Shown: piece after piece, positions 46,954 to 56,599 of the stretch
Layout of the letters: every line of letters begins with the position of its first letter
Numbering within the stretch: the first letter of the stretch is position 1
Source of the DNA: Bacteriovoracaceae bacterium
GTDB lineage: Bacteria > Bdellovibrionota > Bacteriovoracia > Bacteriovoracales > Bacteriovoracaceae
NCBI GenBank assembly: GCA_965217035.1
Contig: OZ244226.1
Location: forward strand, 848,146-912,145
Direction: 5' to 3'
Length of the DNA stretch: 64,000 bases
Translations under genes and position numbers: made by a program
The notes under the pieces: generated by a model
Databases searched by the model: none
The model's input: the letters and a program-made list of their open reading frames with translations, nothing else
Told to the model about the DNA's origin: nothing

Positions 46954-47817
46954 TCAACTATAAGATGGAGTCACTTTTTCTGGTGTCAAGTCTACGGATG
47001 GCAAATTGAGATTAACTCGAGGTTTTTGAATATTTTCGCGCTGAAAGTATTCATAAGCTCGTGTTGTGATGTCAGTGGCATAAGCTTTTTCATAATTAAT
47101 ATCAAAGACATAAGCTTTAACATTAAAGACTAAAGCAAAAGTCCCTCCTATTATTTCTTCACTCACAACTATATTGACGGGTTTTTTAAGATAAGCATAA
47201 CGACTCGTGATAACAATCTCATAAAGTATTTTTTTTATATCGATGATATTTTCAGTTGGAGCAATATGAAATTTAACCTCAACCATCATATCCAGGGCTC
47301 CAGCATTACCTGAAGAAACAGCATTATTGATAAATTGAGAGTTTGGAATAGTAACAAGAGAGTCATCGAGGGTAATTAATCGAACGGCCCTTAAACCAAT
47401 ATGAGATATTTCGCCGTAGATATCATTAAACTTTACTCTATCTCCCACCTGGAAAGGGCGATCAAATAAAAGAACAACTCCGGCAATAAGCGATGATGAA
47501 ATATCTTTTAAAGCAAAACCAATTGCAAGAGCGGCAGACCCCCCAAGACCGAGAAGAACCTGTTCCGGTGGTCGAAGAACCGCATAAATAATAAAAAATG
47601 AACCAAAGATATACCAAGCAAAAGTGAAGACTGTTGTAATTTGAAGAATTGTAAGTCTTAAGTTTGGCCATTTCTTTTCAAGATTTTGAGAAACAGTTTT
47701 GAACCGTCGGGCTAAAAAGATTAAAACAGCAAACGCAATAACAAGCATGAAAATCTTTTCAACTTGAAAGAGATTAAGAATTTCTGAAACGTCCGATAAT
47801 TCTTTCTTAGCTGGCAT
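46954..47817 (-). CDS. small-conductance mechanosensitive channel (MscS family)
   Basis: 287 aa. Three N-terminal TM helices, then LLFDRPFQVGDRVKFNDIYGEISHIGLRAVRLITLDDSLVTIPNSQF, the MscS beta-domain signature. The start overlaps the upstream ATPase gene by 11 nt. Confidence 0.85.
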   Translation of the reverse strand: MPAKKELSDVSEILNLFQVEKIFMLVIAFAVLIFLARRFKTVSQNLEKKWPNLRLTILQITTVFTFAWYIFGSFFIIYAVLRPPEQVLLGLGGSAALAIGFALKDISSSLIAGVVLLFDRPFQVGDRVKFNDIYGEISHIGLRAVRLITLDDSLVTIPNSQFINNAVSSGNAGALDMMVEVKFHIAPTENIIDIKKILYEIVITSRYAYLKKPVNIVVSEEIIGGTFALVFNVKAYVFDINYEKAYATDITTRAYEYFQRENIQKPRVNLNLPSVDLTPEKVTPSYS

Positions 47818-50140
47818 AAATTAAGTTCTTCTTTTTTAAATAATTAATAAGAGAATGTTGAAATCTAACATTAATTGTATAAGCTCCATTTTCTCTTCGA
47901 ATTAATATGTTATGATCCAACCCAAGCTTTAGGGCGAATCTAATAACACTTTCAGGTAAACTCGTGACCTTCATTGCATCAATTGTTGATAAGTTTTCGT
48001 GTTTAACAATCGCAGAGTAGATAAAGAGAGTATCATCGGTCAGATTACTTAACATAGAAAGATCATCATCATGAGGGAGTCCAACACTAAAGAACTTTCC
48101 TCCTCTGTATTTTAATGAAGAGAGCCAGGTATAAAGAGAAATTTCAGGGTTACCAAGTGATTGCTCCCAAAGCAGTCGAAAAAACTGATCTTCTACCTGC
48201 TCGACACTATCCATTTCGAAAGCACCTTTCGTTGCACGAACAATATCATGATATGAAAGCTTATAATCTGAAAGCTCGTGCCGTTTCATAATCATCTTTC
48301 GAATATCTTGATCAGTAAAAGGAGCAAGCTCAACAACAGTTCTAAAATTTTGATTCTTTCCAAATGCTGATTTCAAATATGACCAAGAATATGCATTAAA
48401 GCTAAAAAGAAAGAAGATATTTTCAACTCTCGCATTAATCAATTGAAGGATTGTCTTAAAAGCTTCGAACCCTCCAACCTTAGATAAAAAGCTATTTTGA
48501 CTCTCATCTAACATGATTAAAGTCTGAGGCATTGTTTTATCCGCTTCAATTAATGGAAAGTAATCATCTTCCATTTGGACACCAGTAAGACTAGAAATGA
48601 ATTGGACTAACTCACCTTCACTGAGAAGACGACTTGGCATATTGGCACGAATTATCTGAACTCCCTCTTTTTTTATTTCAGATTCAAGCATTGTTAAGAA
48701 AGTTGTCTTTCCAGCTCCCTTTTCGCCAACAAGCACAAGTGAGTTCTCATCACTCCTGTCTTCAATCCATGATTGGATGCAACTCAGAACAGCTGAATAC
48801 TTTGAGTTCCGACTTTCTGTAAAGAGAGATTTATCATGCTCCACTCTTCTATAAAAAAGCTCTTGATAATCTTCAGGTAAATCTTGAAGCTCAGATTCTT
48901 CAAAGATTTCAGAATTTTCTAGCTTTCTTTTGAAAATCTCTGCCGTTATTGATTTAACAAATTCAAATCTTCCACTCCACTGCAAAAAGAGCATGAAAAC
49001 ATTAACGGCTAAAACTGCAATTAAAACTGGTAAACAAAGATAAAAATGTCTTTTCATGCTCAGATTCTTTGACAACCATTCTGAGACATGAGGAATTTTC
49101 ATGTCAGCAACTTTAGCGCTTAGCTCTTGCCTCCAATCTCTTCCAATAATAAAAAGAACAATAAGGATAACGATAAATGAAATGTTTTGAAATATATAAT
49201 ACGAAAGCCCTTTACTCACCACACTTTCGATCATGTAGATCAAGCTATAGGAAATTAAAAGAGTAAAACTCAAAAGAGAAGCATTTTTAGCTGCCTTCTC
49301 CTCTAAAGATCCTGATTTTTGCCCAGGTTTATAATTTTTAGCAATTCGCAAAAGTGAATCAGATAAAATTTTTCTAAAAATTCTATAGTAAATCCAATAA
49401 GCAATAAATGGATAAAAGATTGAAAGTTCCTCGAAATGTGTTTTTTCTAACAAACTTCGAGATAAAGAAATCGAATAAAGGGCCATGATCCAAGGAAAGT
49501 AATCAATCGCTAATCGAAGGAGCTCAGAATAAAGAGAATAATTTTTTGCTTTATAGCTCAAGCGAATAAATTTTGCTCTCCAGATTTTGAGCTTCTTGAT
49601 AATCCTTTTAGAGACTCCCCAAAAGAAAAAAGGAATCATAAAAACAAGGCAGAGAAGGACTCCGTCAAGAACAAGAGTTTTAATGCCATCGAAGCCAAGT
49701 TTTAAATTATTTTTAATATAAATGACTTTAAAATAAGCAATGGCATACCACTCAACCGGCACAAGTTGAATTTCTCTTCTTAAATCATTAAAGAAAGCAA
49801 GGTTGAAATCAAAAACCGTAGAATCCTGGTTTTGTTGAACTTCTATTAAGTATTTCGAACGGATTTTACTTGAGCGCAGTAAGAGATCGAGGTGGCGATC
49901 AAAGCCTTCTTGGAATTCCTCGTCTGTTTCTCCCTCTTCTCGAGCAAGCTGATCGGTAGTCGCATCAACAATATCTCTCCAAATATTAAGAGATTTTTCA
50001 TATTGTTCTCGCGGATCAACCGCGCTTCCATATTCAACTTCAAGTTGAGTCAAATCATTGTCGAAATTGTCATAATCCTGAGGCCCATAGGAATATGCGC
50101 TGAAGTTAAACCATGTAATAATAAGAATAAATACTTTCAC
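47807..50140 (-). CDS. polytopic membrane protein with C-terminal cytoplasmic P-loop NTPase (AAA-like) domain
   Basis: 777 aa. GTG start. Signal-like MKVFILIITWFNFSAYS, an acidic ~120-aa segment and at least 5 hydrophobic helices. Then Walker A LVLVGEKGAGKTTFL and Walker B TLIMLDESQN, with a helical C-terminal domain. Confidence 0.55.
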   Translation of the reverse strand: MKVFILIITWFNFSAYSYGPQDYDNFDNDLTQLEVEYGSAVDPREQYEKSLNIWRDIVDATTDQLAREEGETDEEFQEGFDRHLDLLLRSSKIRSKYLIEVQQNQDSTVFDFNLAFFNDLRREIQLVPVEWYAIAYFKVIYIKNNLKLGFDGIKTLVLDGVLLCLVFMIPFFFWGVSKRIIKKLKIWRAKFIRLSYKAKNYSLYSELLRLAIDYFPWIMALYSISLSRSLLEKTHFEELSIFYPFIAYWIYYRIFRKILSDSLLRIAKNYKPGQKSGSLEEKAAKNASLLSFTLLISYSLIYMIESVVSKGLSYYIFQNISFIVILIVLFIIGRDWRQELSAKVADMKIPHVSEWLSKNLSMKRHFYLCLPVLIAVLAVNVFMLFLQWSGRFEFVKSITAEIFKRKLENSEIFEESELQDLPEDYQELFYRRVEHDKSLFTESRNSKYSAVLSCIQSWIEDRSDENSLVLVGEKGAGKTTFLTMLESEIKKEGVQIIRANMPSRLLSEGELVQFISSLTGVQMEDDYFPLIEADKTMPQTLIMLDESQNSFLSKVGGFEAFKTILQLINARVENIFFLFSFNAYSWSYLKSAFGKNQNFRTVVELAPFTDQDIRKMIMKRHELSDYKLSYHDIVRATKGAFEMDSVEQVEDQFFRLLWEQSLGNPEISLYTWLSSLKYRGGKFFSVGLPHDDDLSMLSNLTDDTLFIYSAIVKHENLSTIDAMKVTSLPESVIRFALKLGLDHNILIRRENGAYTINVRFQHSLINYLKKKNLIYAS

Positions 50141-50174
50141 TATCTAAAAGTATAACGATATTAAAGAGTGAGTA

Positions 50175-51638
50175 TCAAGAAATCTTCTTCACTGACCAGG
50201 ATCGCTTGCCACCATCGTGAACCTCAACCCCCATCGCTGCAAGCTCATCTCGGATTCTGTCGCTCTCGGCCCAATCTTTGTTTTCACGAGCTAAAATTCT
50301 ATTTTTTACGAGCTTCTCAATTTGGTCTTTATTGAGATTTTTTTCAGTTAGGACGATCTCATCTAATCGATTTAACATTTCAGAAGGATTTTCTTGGAAA
50401 AGAGCTCCGAGTCCACCCCACTCAATCATCCAATCATGAAAAAACTGTGAGTTCCCTTTGTGGACCGCATTCCATTTCTTATTTTTGAAACCTAAAGCAT
50501 TAAAAGCACGAACAGCCTCAAAGATTTGGGAAATATATTCAGCGCTATTGAGATCATCATTAAGAGACTTCTTTATTTTACCTTGCAAAGCTTCTAGTTT
50601 TTTTATAAATCCACTTTCTGCATCACCCTCTTCATTAACTGCAGCAATGACATCATTGGCAAGCTCTAGTGAACTATAAATACGATCGAGGGCAGAGATC
50701 GTTTGAAGAATTTTATCATCACTAACAGAAAGCATTGAACGATAATGAGCACTTAAGAAAAGATATTTTAAAATCTCTCCGTGATAGCGATCCATGAAAG
50801 CTCTGGCCGTAACAACGTTCCCTAAAGATTTGGACATCTTCTCATCTTTCATATTGATAAAATTATTGTGAATCCAATAATTACAATACTTACATCCAGT
50901 TCTTGCTTCCCCTTGGGCAATCTCGTTTTCATGATGAGGAAAAATCAAATCAATTCCACCACCATGAATATCAATAGTATTCTTACCAAAAATTGATTGG
51001 ATCATAGCAGAACATTCAATATGCCAACCAGGACGACCTTTACCCCACGGTGAATCCCAAGAAGGTTCTCCTTCTTTAGAAGGCTTCCAAAGCACGAAGT
51101 CCGCAGGGTTTTTCTTACGCTGATCAACCTCAACTCTATTTCCTGCTTCAAGCTCATCAAGTTTCTTCTTACTTAACTTTCCATACTCATCAAATTCATC
51201 GGTGGCATAAAAAACCTCACCATCAACTTCATAGGCTTTGTCTTTTTTTACCAGATCATCAACAAACTCGATAATTTGCGGCATGTATTCTGTCACTTTT
51301 GGATTTTCATCATGGGACCTCAAGCCTAGTCGATTAAAATCAACCTCAAACTCTTTAATAAAGTGTTCTGAAACTTCAATCGATTCAACACCTTGCTCAT
51401 TAGCTTTCTTGATGATTTTGTCATCAACATCTGTATAATTATAAACAAACTTAACCTTATAACCTTCATGCTCTAACCAATTTCTTAAAAGGTTAAAAGT
51501 AATCGCCCCACGAAAGTTTCCAATATGGAGATAATCATAAACGGTTGGTCCACAAAGATAGATCGAAACTTCCCCCTCTTTTTTGGGGACAAACTTTTCT
51601 TTTTTATTGCTGAGTGTATTCCAAAATGCTAAAGCCAT
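50175..51638 (-). CDS. cysS: cysteine--tRNA ligase
   Basis: 487 aa. The HIGH motif is YLHIGNFRG and the KMSKS motif is KMSKSLGN. The Zn/Cys-binding contexts GWHIECS and HHENEIAQ are present. Confidence 0.95.
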   Translation of the reverse strand: MALAFWNTLSNKKEKFVPKKEGEVSIYLCGPTVYDYLHIGNFRGAITFNLLRNWLEHEGYKVKFVYNYTDVDDKIIKKANEQGVESIEVSEHFIKEFEVDFNRLGLRSHDENPKVTEYMPQIIEFVDDLVKKDKAYEVDGEVFYATDEFDEYGKLSKKKLDELEAGNRVEVDQRKKNPADFVLWKPSKEGEPSWDSPWGKGRPGWHIECSAMIQSIFGKNTIDIHGGGIDLIFPHHENEIAQGEARTGCKYCNYWIHNNFINMKDEKMSKSLGNVVTARAFMDRYHGEILKYLFLSAHYRSMLSVSDDKILQTISALDRIYSSLELANDVIAAVNEEGDAESGFIKKLEALQGKIKKSLNDDLNSAEYISQIFEAVRAFNALGFKNKKWNAVHKGNSQFFHDWMIEWGGLGALFQENPSEMLNRLDEIVLTEKNLNKDQIEKLVKNRILARENKDWAESDRIRDELAAMGVEVHDGGKRSWSVKKIS

Positions 51639-51661
51639 AGGGCTTATTCTAACACAAATAT

Positions 51662-52642
51662 TTATGGAGACAGAACTTTTTCCTTAATAAAAGCCTTCAA
51701 GTCATCAAGCTGTTTATCACTGAGGCGCTCACGCGTATAATTAGGCATATAAATAGTATCACTTTCAAATAACCCTTTACGAGAAACTCCATAGGAATTC
51801 TTTAGGCGATAAAGAGCTTTATAAGTCCTACGAGAATCCCTAAAGCGAGGCATTTTTGCCGTAATACCGCTATCAGCTTTATGACAATGGAGACAGGAGT
51901 TTTCAAAAATGACCTTCCCACTCTCAGGGTCACCATTCATACCGTATCCCGCTTCAAAGTCTGACGGAGGTTTAACAAAGGTCGCTTCGGAGGTCTTTAG
52001 ATATTTAGAGTCTAATAATTTCAATTTTTCTTTATTATTAATCTTGGAAGCATTCAGAAACTCATAGTCCTCTAGGCTTAATTTCAGATCAGCCAATTTA
52101 TATTGAAGAGACCAAAGATAATTGAGCATCGCCTCAAGCTCCCAACTATCGAGAGCTCTTCCTTTTGAACATTCTTTAGAACAGAGTTGAACAGCATTTC
52201 GAAAATCTTTATGAGCAGGCCCAATCAATTCCTTGCCATACTTTTTAATGTAATCCCCGTTAAACCATGATGTTCTATTGACTGATCCATACATTGTCGT
52301 CCCTGGTAAAAAAGCGAGTCCATTCGTTTTTGCAAACTTCAATCGAGCTTCGGGATCATTGATGGATAAGTCAGGATCCTCCTGAACAACATTATGGCAG
52401 TGATTGCAACGAAATGCCGGAGCCTGAAGAATCGTCATTGTTCCATCAGGTCGCTTGGTTTGCCCTTTAAAAAAAATCTCCTCACCTTTTTTAATAAGTA
52501 TAGGATCTAATTTCTTGAGAGCATGGAGCGGTTTTTTCTCTCCTAAATCCTGACGGACTTCTTCTAAGGGCGTTTTAAAGTCATACTGAGAATAAGCATT
52601 AAAACCAACAAATAGAATGAAAAGCAAAACCCGCATGCTCAT
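51662..52642 (-). CDS. secreted di-haem c-type cytochrome
   Basis: Signal MSMRVLLFILFVGFNAYS. There are two CxxCH haem-binding motifs (FRCNHCH and SCLHCH). Confidence 0.65.
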   Translation of the reverse strand: MSMRVLLFILFVGFNAYSQYDFKTPLEEVRQDLGEKKPLHALKKLDPILIKKGEEIFFKGQTKRPDGTMTILQAPAFRCNHCHNVVQEDPDLSINDPEARLKFAKTNGLAFLPGTTMYGSVNRTSWFNGDYIKKYGKELIGPAHKDFRNAVQLCSKECSKGRALDSWELEAMLNYLWSLQYKLADLKLSLEDYEFLNASKINNKEKLKLLDSKYLKTSEATFVKPPSDFEAGYGMNGDPESGKVIFENSCLHCHKADSGITAKMPRFRDSRRTYKALYRLKNSYGVSRKGLFESDTIYMPNYTRERLSDKQLDDLKAFIKEKVLSP

Positions 52643-52671
52643 TATATAGCATATGAGATGCGGATTTTGAG

Positions 52672-53682
52672 TTATTTAAGAATTTTTAAGGATTCTATTC
52701 CCTTTAATAGGATTTGAGGATTCGCCTGAGTCGGAGATATGACATTTTTGACTCCAGTAGCTTCTATTTTAACCTTAGGATTCACCCAGAAATTTCTCCC
52801 ACCAACGGCCGTCTTTTGATTTTGCTTCCAAAGCCCTTCAAGATACTCTCTGATCTTCAAGAATGTTTCTGTACTTTCAAAGTTAACAAGCGTGTAATTT
52901 CTCTCAAATCCAAGCTTACCTTTCACTCTTAAAGCATAAATATCAAAACGGATCTGTGGACTTTTGGGAAACATAACAAGCTCACCTGTTAGTTTAATTT
53001 CATCTCCATGCCCCTCCACCATTGAAACTTTCTGAATCAGTGGATTTTTTTTATCAATATCAAGTTCAACATGAATCGGACGATCAGGATTGATTCGAAC
53101 AAAAACAGCGATATCTATGACATCATTTCGATAAACCTTTTCTAATAATTTATGATGCGTTTCAGGAACAAAAACAGGAACAACAGCATCTTTATATTCA
53201 ACAGCAAGAACCCCTTGAGCATAAGAAACACCATGAACCTTTCCTACGATTCGATCAACATCTTCTAGCTTAGAAAGATCTGCTCGATGCTTATACTTTG
53301 GCATCTTAGGATTCGTCTCAAAAGCTTTTAACATTTTCATTTCGTTAACAATCACATGAGGAAAACAACTTTCTGTTTCGAGAAACTCACCTTTCACAAG
53401 GATTTTATCATGGCGTTTTAATGTCATAAGTTGAGGAACAACTTTTTTATCCATAGTTAAAAGTGAGAAATCGATATATTTGAAGAAGTTTTTTGGAGAC
53501 CGGTAAGTTCCAACAAAAAGCTTAAACCGAGGAACAGCCCCATGAATAAAGATTTCAACCCCGTCAGCTTTTAATGATTTCTCAACTTCCTTAAGGGAAA
53601 TCTTATTGACCTCATCAGGACAATCAGCTTTCGCGAAATTGAAAACAACAATCAACGATACAAGAAAGAAAAACCAGCGCAT
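52672..53682 (-). CDS. secreted protein, unknown function
   Basis: 336 aa. Signal MRWFFFLVSLIVVFNFAKA. No motif recognised. Confidence 0.55.
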   Translation of the reverse strand: MRWFFFLVSLIVVFNFAKADCPDEVNKISLKEVEKSLKADGVEIFIHGAVPRFKLFVGTYRSPKNFFKYIDFSLLTMDKKVVPQLMTLKRHDKILVKGEFLETESCFPHVIVNEMKMLKAFETNPKMPKYKHRADLSKLEDVDRIVGKVHGVSYAQGVLAVEYKDAVVPVFVPETHHKLLEKVYRNDVIDIAVFVRINPDRPIHVELDIDKKNPLIQKVSMVEGHGDEIKLTGELVMFPKSPQIRFDIYALRVKGKLGFERNYTLVNFESTETFLKIREYLEGLWKQNQKTAVGGRNFWVNPKVKIEATGVKNVISPTQANPQILLKGIESLKILK

Positions 53683-53690
53683 ACTTTGTC

Positions 53691-54035
53691 CTACTGTTTA
53701 TCAACCCAACACTGAAATCGAAGCCCGTCATACTCAAGCACATTAATCGGGCCAACGTGTCCATTAAGAGTAAAGTCATACATTTTGGATTGAAACTTTC
53801 CAAAGCTCATTGTTAAAGATGCTTGAGGGTAATACTCATCACCTTTATCCCATAGAACGGAGAATTCGTAGTTTTTAAATTTGATAACATTTAAATCAAC
53901 GATATAACCTTCCGTAATAGTAACGGGAATAATCTTTTCGTCTCCCCCCTGAACAGGTTCATCAACTTTACACTTTAAACTTTTAGAGAAACCACTAGAA
54001 CTGATTAAAATAAGTAAGCAGATTAATTTCTTCAT
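53691..54035 (-). CDS. small secreted/lipoprotein-like protein, unknown function
   Basis: 114 aa. AGGAAG SD. Signal MKKLICLLILISSSGFS. Confidence 0.5.
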   Translation of the reverse strand: MKKLICLLILISSSGFSKSLKCKVDEPVQGGDEKIIPVTITEGYIVDLNVIKFKNYEFSVLWDKGDEYYPQASLTMSFGKFQSKMYDFTLNGHVGPINVLEYDGLRFQCWVDKQ

Positions 54036-54044
54036 AACTGCTTC

Positions 54045-54593
54045 CTAGAAATTTCTTTGTCTGTAAGTTTCAGCACAGAAAAATTGAAAGCTTCGGGCCC
54101 TATAATTCAAACCATCTCGAACGGCTGCACATGAATTGTAACCGTTGCTACAAACTCCTGCGAAGTTTCTCACAACAGAATGTCCAAGCTTATTCACTAA
54201 TTGATAATTACAAGTATCAACTGTCGAGTATCGGTGTAAGTATCCGTTAAAGGCAAAGTATGGATATTGGTTATAAGTGACCAAACCGTTGAAACCAATA
54301 TTAACATTAGGAACAACTCTTGTTGGAAGCATAAACCAACTTCCATAAAAATAGTTCGTAAGCCCTTGATTGACCCAAGCAGCGTAATAAGCATTGACGT
54401 TATAGTTAATAACTTGTTGGTAGTTCACAACTACCGGCTGATGCCAATAGTAGTAATAAGTTACCGGTCGGTAAGCGACTGGAGCATAATACCGAGGCAC
54501 GACTGGCCTGTAATAACGGCGTCCATAATATTGGGCCTGAGAATTCATACTCAAACTCGCAAAAAATACAGTGATAAAAATCAAAGCTTTCAT
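54045..54593 (-). CDS. secreted Tyr/Val/Asn-rich low-complexity protein with Cys-containing C-terminal part
   Basis: The ATG at 54593 has AGAGGAG upstream and gives the signal MKALIFITVFFASLSMNSQA. The mature N-terminus is QYYGRRYYRPVVPRYYAPVAYRPVTYYYYWHQPVVVNYQQVINYNVNAYYAAW. The track start at 54641 is an upstream extension. Confidence 0.5.
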   Translation of the reverse strand: MKALIFITVFFASLSMNSQAQYYGRRYYRPVVPRYYAPVAYRPVTYYYYWHQPVVVNYQQVINYNVNAYYAAWVNQGLTNYFYGSWFMLPTRVVPNVNIGFNGLVTYNQYPYFAFNGYLHRYSTVDTCNYQLVNKLGHSVVRNFAGVCSNGYNSCAAVRDGLNYRARSFQFFCAETYRQRNF

Positions 54594-54693
54594 AACTTCT
54601 CCTCTATAATTTTCGTTGATATTTACCCTATATAATGGCACTTTTACAAGTTTGGACTTTTACGGAGTGGTGCAAAAACGGTAGTATTTACAC

Positions 54694-55503
54694 ATGGTTT
54701 GGGATGTTGATCCAGCGATATTCAAATTAGGAGGCTTTGAGCTGAGGTACTATCCTCTTTGCTTCATTTTTGGCTTTTTGCTTGGGCAAAAATACGCGAC
54801 ACCTCGCTTTCTCAAAGAAGGTTTTGAAAAAAAACATGTCGAGAGTGTTGTTACCCATCTCATTATCGGAACGGTCATTGGTGCTAGACTAGGGCATTGT
54901 CTATTCTATGAACCAGAGTATTACCTCTCCAGGCCCTGGGAAATCCTAATGGTCTGGAAAGGTGGCCTTGCTTCTCATGGTGGGTTCACAGGTGTCATGG
55001 TTTCTCTTTATTTCTACTTGAAAAAATGGAAGAAGATGACCTTCTTTTGGTTGGTCGAAACATTAACTCCGGCCATTATGTTCGTTGCTGGACTCATCCG
55101 GATCGGAAACCTTTTTAATTCCGAGATCGTTGGAAAAGTCACAGATGTACCTTGGGCCTTCGTTTTCACTAAGGTTGATCCTAATCTCAGGCATCCCACT
55201 CAAATCTATGAATCTATCGGTTATTTCTCAATTTCGGCTATAATGTATTATTTTTGTAATAAATACGTTGGTACAAAAAAGTGGCCACCAGGAAGGGCCT
55301 TAGGTCTTGTTTTCATCATCTCTTTCACCTTTAGATTCTTCATTGAGTTTTTTAAGATCGATCAAGTTGCTTTTGAACAAGGAATGTCGATCAATATGGG
55401 TCAATGGTTAAGTGTTCCTTTTGTTTTGGCGGGAATTTACCTCATGACTGGCCATCAAAATAAGCTCAAAATCTTCGACCCACTTACAAAACCGCTTGGT
55501 TAA
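54694..55503 (+). CDS. lgt: prolipoprotein diacylglyceryl transferase
   Basis: 269 aa. GGLASHGGFTGV, IRIGNLFNSEIVGK and RHPTQIYESI are the conserved Lgt blocks. Confidence 0.9.
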   Translation: MVWDVDPAIFKLGGFELRYYPLCFIFGFLLGQKYATPRFLKEGFEKKHVESVVTHLIIGTVIGARLGHCLFYEPEYYLSRPWEILMVWKGGLASHGGFTGVMVSLYFYLKKWKKMTFFWLVETLTPAIMFVAGLIRIGNLFNSEIVGKVTDVPWAFVFTKVDPNLRHPTQIYESIGYFSISAIMYYFCNKYVGTKKWPPGRALGLVFIISFTFRFFIEFFKIDQVAFEQGMSINMGQWLSVPFVLAGIYLMTGHQNKLKIFDPLTKPLG

Positions 55504-55621
55504 GTAAGTCCTTAAAATCACATCAAAATTGTCTAGCTCCTAAACACCCTGAAATAAGGAAAGAGCGCTCACTAGTGATTTCCCTAATTAAGTTATTATA
55601 AGGACTTAGGGAAATAAAAAG

Positions 55622-56599
55622 ATGGCCAAAATCTCTGTTTACATTAACGACCGTGCCTCTGGTACAAGTAAGCTCGACTGGGAGTATGAACTTCATAAGT
55701 TTCTCTTCCGACATGATGTGAGCTATTACTCACCTTTCGATCTTGAAAGTTTAAAGGCTCAACTTACTACGGACCTCTATAATGGAACAGAATACATCTT
55801 CTCAATTGGTGGAGATGGAACGGCTAACCTCATTACTCAATTCCTTGCCTTAAGTGATATCAAGTTAATGGTTATCCCTACCGGAACAGCAAACGACTTT
55901 GCAAGCGAACTTGGTACTAACGAGGACATAAAAAAAATCATTCAAATTTTTAGGCATCAAACCTCGAAGAAAATTGATCTCATCAAAATTAACGAGTCTT
56001 ATATGTTCAGTAATGGTGGTATCGGTCTTGCTGCCAATGTTGCTCTCAAAGTTAACAAATATCGAAAAAGAGTTTCTCTTTTCAAACAAGTTATGAAGAA
56101 GATGGGTGCTAATACCTATTCGATGATTTTAGGAAAAGAACTTTTTCTCAAACCTATTAATATCTATAAGCTCAGAATTCACTCTCCTGACTTTCCACTT
56201 TTCGATGATGTTGTCGAAACTCCTATGCTTTTAATTAATAATCAATCGAAGGTTGGAGGTAAGTTTAATATCGCTCCTAATACTACGAACGACGATGGAA
56301 AGTTTAATGTTTCTATCTTGCTCCATAAAAATAAAAGAGATCTCTTTCAATTTATTTTTAAAACTTTGATGGATCAACCTGATACGGCGGATCCCAATTT
56401 TATAACATTTGAAACTAATCAAATTTCAATTACAAATGAATCAGAAGAAATTTTACCTTTTTTTGGAGATGGTGAAGTCCTAGAAAAAGCACAAAGTTTT
56501 GATATTCGACTTCTTAAACAAGCCATTAACGTTTGTGCTTATCAAGACCACCTTATGTATTCAAACAGATATTCCCTTGATGAGGTGACCTTGTCATGA
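55622..56599 (+). CDS. diacylglycerol-kinase catalytic-domain lipid kinase (YegS/LCB5 family)
   Basis: 325 aa. IFSIGGDGTANLI (GGDGT motif), VIPTGTANDFA and a C-terminal beta-sandwich region are present. Confidence 0.8.
   Translation: MAKISVYINDRASGTSKLDWEYELHKFLFRHDVSYYSPFDLESLKAQLTTDLYNGTEYIFSIGGDGTANLITQFLALSDIKLMVIPTGTANDFASELGTNEDIKKIIQIFRHQTSKKIDLIKINESYMFSNGGIGLAANVALKVNKYRKRVSLFKQVMKKMGANTYSMILGKELFLKPINIYKLRIHSPDFPLFDDVVETPMLLINNQSKVGGKFNIAPNTTNDDGKFNVSILLHKNKRDLFQFIFKTLMDQPDTADPNFITFETNQISITNESEEILPFFGDGEVLEKAQSFDIRLLKQAINVCAYQDHLMYSNRYSLDEVTLS

Noticed and set aside
54197-54635. ORFs 54197..54394(-) and 54267..54635(+) inside the Tyr-rich protein gene
   Set aside because: They are alternative-frame or antisense shadows of a compositionally biased gene. 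The chosen frame has an SD and a clear signal peptide.
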